DNA of 64,000 nucleotides from Escherichia coli O127:H6 str. E2348/69 (GTDB lineage Bacteria; Pseudomonadota; Gammaproteobacteria; Enterobacterales; Enterobacteriaceae): NCBI RefSeq assembly GCF_000026545.1, contig NC_011601.1; one strand, 5' to 3'. Shown piece by piece: positions 61,329 to 64,000 of this stretch (position 1 is its first letter; each line of letters starts with the position of its first letter). The notes under the pieces were generated by a model. It saw only the letters and a program-made list of their open reading frames with translations, ran no database searches and was not told where the DNA came from. The position numbers and the translations under genes were made by a program.

Positions 61329-61400
61329 GTGAAATATTTCTTTATGGGCATTTCTTTTATGGTCATCGTTTGGGCCGGTACTTTTGCCCTGATGATCTAA
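61329..61400 (+). CDS. ypdK: Small membrane protein YpdK (23 aa, GTG start)
   Basis: Hand translation MKYFFMGISFMVIVWAGTFALMI; synteny between lpxP and alaC. Confidence 0.5.
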   Translation: MKYFFMGISFMVIVWAGTFALMI

Positions 61401-61464
61401 AAGCAAACTGTGCAATGAAAAACAGGAGCCATCAGGCTCCTGTTTGCATTTTTGAGGTCGGTGT

Positions 61465-62703
61465 TTATTCCGCGTTTTCGTGAATATGTTTGCTGCTGGC
61501 GGGTAGTAAACCATCGGCACGGAACATCGCTTTAATCCCACGAATCGCCTGACGAATACGGTCGCGGTTTTCAATCAGTGCAAAGCGCACATGCGTGTCG
61601 CCGTAGTCGCCAAAGCCAATCCCTGGAGAGACACAGACCTTCGCTTCGTTAAGCAATTTCTTGGCAAATTCCAGCGAGCCCATGGCAGCATACGGTTCCG
61701 GGATTTTCGCCCAGACATACATCGAAGCCTTCGGCATTTCGACCATCCAGCCCGCTTCATGCAGCCCTTTCACCAGCACATCGCGGCGGCGTTTGTACTG
61801 TTCGGCAATATCGCGCACGCACTGTTGATCGCCCTCCAGCGCCGCAATAGCCGCCACCTGCAACGGCGTAAAGGTGCCGTAATCGTGATAGCTTTTAATA
61901 CGTGCCAACGCGCTGACCAGCGTTTTGTTACCGACCATAAAGCCGATACGCCAGCCCGCCATGTTGTAGCTTTTCGACAGCGTAAAGAACTCGACCGCCA
62001 CGTCGCGTGCACCTGGCACCTGCATGATTGACGGCGCTTTCCAGCCATCGTAGACGATATCGGCATAGGCCAGGTCGTGGACCACCAGCACATCGTAGCG
62101 TTTAGCCAGCGCCACAACCTTCTCAAAGAATTCCAGTTCCACGCATTGCGCGGTTGGGTTTGACGGGAAGCCGAGGATCATCATCTTCGGTTTCGGATAA
62201 CTTTCACGAATGGCGCGCTCCAGTTCATTGAAGAAGTCGACACCTTCCACCAGCGGCACTGAGCGTACCTGCGCCCCGGCAATCACCGCGCCATAAATAT
62301 GAATGGGGTAACTTGGATTCGGCACCAGCACTGTGTCACCGTGATCCAGTGTCGCCAGCATCAGATGCGCCAGGCCCTCTTTCGAACCAATAGTGACGAT
62401 GGCTTCTGATTCCGGGTCGATTTCAACGTCGTAGCGATCCTGATACCAGCGGGAAATGGCGCGACGTAACCGCGGAATGCCGCGTGAAGTGGAGTAACCA
62501 TGCGTGTCCGGGCGCTGGGCCACCGTACATAATTTTTCGACGATATGCGGCGGAGTCGCACCGTCCGGGTTACCCATACTGAAATCGATAATATCTTCGC
62601 CGCGCCGACGCGCAGCCATTTTCAGTTCAGCGGTAATGTTAAAAACGTAGGGCGGGAGACGATCAATACGCGTAAAGCGACGTTCAGGGCGAGTGTCAGC
62701 CAT
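61465..62703 (-). CDS. alaC: Glutamate-pyruvate aminotransferase AlaC
   Basis: PLP aminotransferase class I translation; synteny. Confidence 0.9.
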   Translation of the reverse strand: MADTRPERRFTRIDRLPPYVFNITAELKMAARRRGEDIIDFSMGNPDGATPPHIVEKLCTVAQRPDTHGYSTSRGIPRLRRAISRWYQDRYDVEIDPESEAIVTIGSKEGLAHLMLATLDHGDTVLVPNPSYPIHIYGAVIAGAQVRSVPLVEGVDFFNELERAIRESYPKPKMMILGFPSNPTAQCVELEFFEKVVALAKRYDVLVVHDLAYADIVYDGWKAPSIMQVPGARDVAVEFFTLSKSYNMAGWRIGFMVGNKTLVSALARIKSYHDYGTFTPLQVAAIAALEGDQQCVRDIAEQYKRRRDVLVKGLHEAGWMVEMPKASMYVWAKIPEPYAAMGSLEFAKKLLNEAKVCVSPGIGFGDYGDTHVRFALIENRDRIRQAIRGIKAMFRADGLLPASSKHIHENAE

Positions 62704-63079
62704 AATTTCCTCAGATTAACGTTAGCGCCCGGACCGTCCGAGCGACGTCGCCACGATGGTGGCTGTTTTGAAAATAGCCTGATTAATTTCTGTCTGTCCA
62801 GCGTTTTAGAACATTTTTATCAATGGCTTTAAATGAGGAACTCCACTTCAAAAACAGGAAATTTATCTACGCTAACAAGAAAATTACCACTCATTTTATT
62901 AACATTATAATTTCAATAAATTTACCAAACGGATGTACATTATCAAGAGATGCATTGCTAATAGACCATTTATCTTTCAATCCCCTTTTAAAATTGTGGT
63001 TTTTCCTCAAAAAAGGCCTGCTGGTCATCAGCCTTCAGGTTACCTATCATAGAGGTTTAATCCTTATTCAGAGTCACCC

Positions 63080-64000
63080 GTGCACGAAATATTCAACATG
63101 CTGCTGGCGGTCTTCGATCGGGCCGCGTTAATGCTTATCTGCCTGTTCTTTCTCATCCGTATCCGCCTGTTTCGCGAACTGTTGCACAAGTCAGCGCACT
63201 CCCCAAAAGAGTTGCTCGCCGTTACCGCCATTTTCTCGCTGTTCGCCCTGTTCAGCACCTGGTCCGGCGTTCCCGTAGAAGGCTCGCTGGTGAACGTACG
63301 TATTATCGCGGTGATGTCAGGCGGGATTCTGTTTGGCCCGTGGGTGGGCATCATTACCGGCGTGATTGCGGGTATTCATCGTTATTTAATTGACATCGGC
63401 GGCGTGACGGCGATCCCCTGCTTTATCACCAGCATTCTGGCGGGTTGTATATCGGGCTGGATCAACCTGAAAATCCCCAAAGCACAGCGCTGGCGCGTCG
63501 GTATTCTCGGCGGCATGTTGTGTGAAACGTTGACCATGATTCTGGTGATTGTCTGGGCACCAACTACCGCATTGGGGATCGATATCGTCTCTAAAATCGG
63601 GATTCCAATGATCCTCGGCAGCGTCTGTATCGGCTTTATTGTGTTGCTGGTACAAAGTGTTGAGGGAGAAAAAGAGGCCAGCGCCGCGCGGCAGGCCAAG
63701 CTGGCGCTGGATATCGCCAACAAAACGCTGCCGCTGTTTCGCCATGTCAATAGCGAGTCATTACGCAAGGTCTGCGAAATTATCCGCGATGATATTCACG
63801 CCGATGCGGTGGCGATGACTAATACCGATCATGTGCTGGCCTATGTTGGCGTGGGTGAACATAACTATCAGAATGGCGATGACTTCATTAGCCCGACTAC
63901 CCGTCAGGCGATGAATTACGGTAAAATCATCATTAAAAACAATGATGAAGCCCACCGCACACCAGAGATTCACTCCATGCTGGTGATCCCATTGTGGGAG
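63080..64000 (+). CDS. ypdA: Sensor histidine kinase YpdA (LytS-like), 5' portion; continues beyond window
   Basis: Frame open from GTG at 63080 to window end; hand-translated N-terminal polytopic region ([24 protein letters not shown]...). Confidence 0.75.
   Translation, partial: MHEIFNMLLAVFDRAALMLICLFFLIRIRLFRELLHKSAHSPKELLAVTAIFSLFALFSTWSGVPVEGSLVNVRIIAVMSGGILFGPWVGIITGVIAGIHRYLIDIGGVTAIPCFITSILAGCISGWINLKIPKAQRWRVGILGGMLCETLTMILVIVWAPTTALGIDIVSKIGIPMILGSVCIGFIVLLVQSVEGEKEASAARQAKLALDIANKTLPLFRHVNSESLRKVCEIIRDDIHADAVAMTNTDHVLAYVGVGEHNYQNGDDFISPTTRQAMNYGKIIIKNNDEAHRTPEIHSMLVIPLWE

Noticed and set aside
63064-63973. Minus-strand ORFs at the window end (63064..63354, 63382..63768, 63386..63745, 63761..63973)
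   Set aside because: Antisense to the ypdA frame, which is open to the window edge and encodes a recognisable polytopic sensor kinase N-terminus.

Overview
This window is Escherichia coli chromosome. Positions 1 to ~37830 are the right-hand ~38 kb of a lambdoid prophage at the argW / KplE1 (CPS-53) site; the integrase end lies beyond the window start. The prophage is a mosaic. Its immunity region (cI, cro, oR1-3, oL/pL) and its S and R lysis genes are lambda-type (identical or near-identical to lambda as recalled). N is P22 gp24-like. Replication uses an O-like initiator with internal iterons plus a DnaB-like helicase, followed by a nin region (NinB, Dam-like methyltransferase, NinE, NinF, RusA, NinH) and Q. 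The structural module is Mu/SfV-like (terminase, portal, Mu-F-like protein, capsid, sheath, tube, tape measure, baseplate), all on the minus strand. The early-left operon (plus strand) carries cIII, kil, a Rad52-like annealase, SSB and Ea22/DUF551-type genes, and ends with the TorI excisionase and an argW-derived attR. Accessory cargo sits at classic moron positions. The strongest candidates for an undescribed system are (1) a two-gene cassette exactly replacing rexA-rexB downstream of cI, and (2) an AT-rich two-gene operon with its own terminators inside the tail/baseplate cluster. Other cargo: an opposite-strand moron between the lysis genes and terminase, a signal-peptide protein in the tail cluster, uncharacterised genes in the N-proximal ral/sieB slot, two HNH homing endonucleases and two tRNA-like genes. 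Downstream host DNA is the csc sucrose island (cscB, cscK, cscA, cscR) replacing dsdC and most of dsdX, a dsdA with an apparent 4-bp frameshift, then emrKY, evgAS, yfdE, yfdV, oxc, frc, yfdX, ypdI, yfdY, lpxP, ypdK, alaC and the start of ypdA. All calls come from reading the supplied ORF translations and the DNA by eye; no database search or computation was run, and GC-content statements are visual impressions only.
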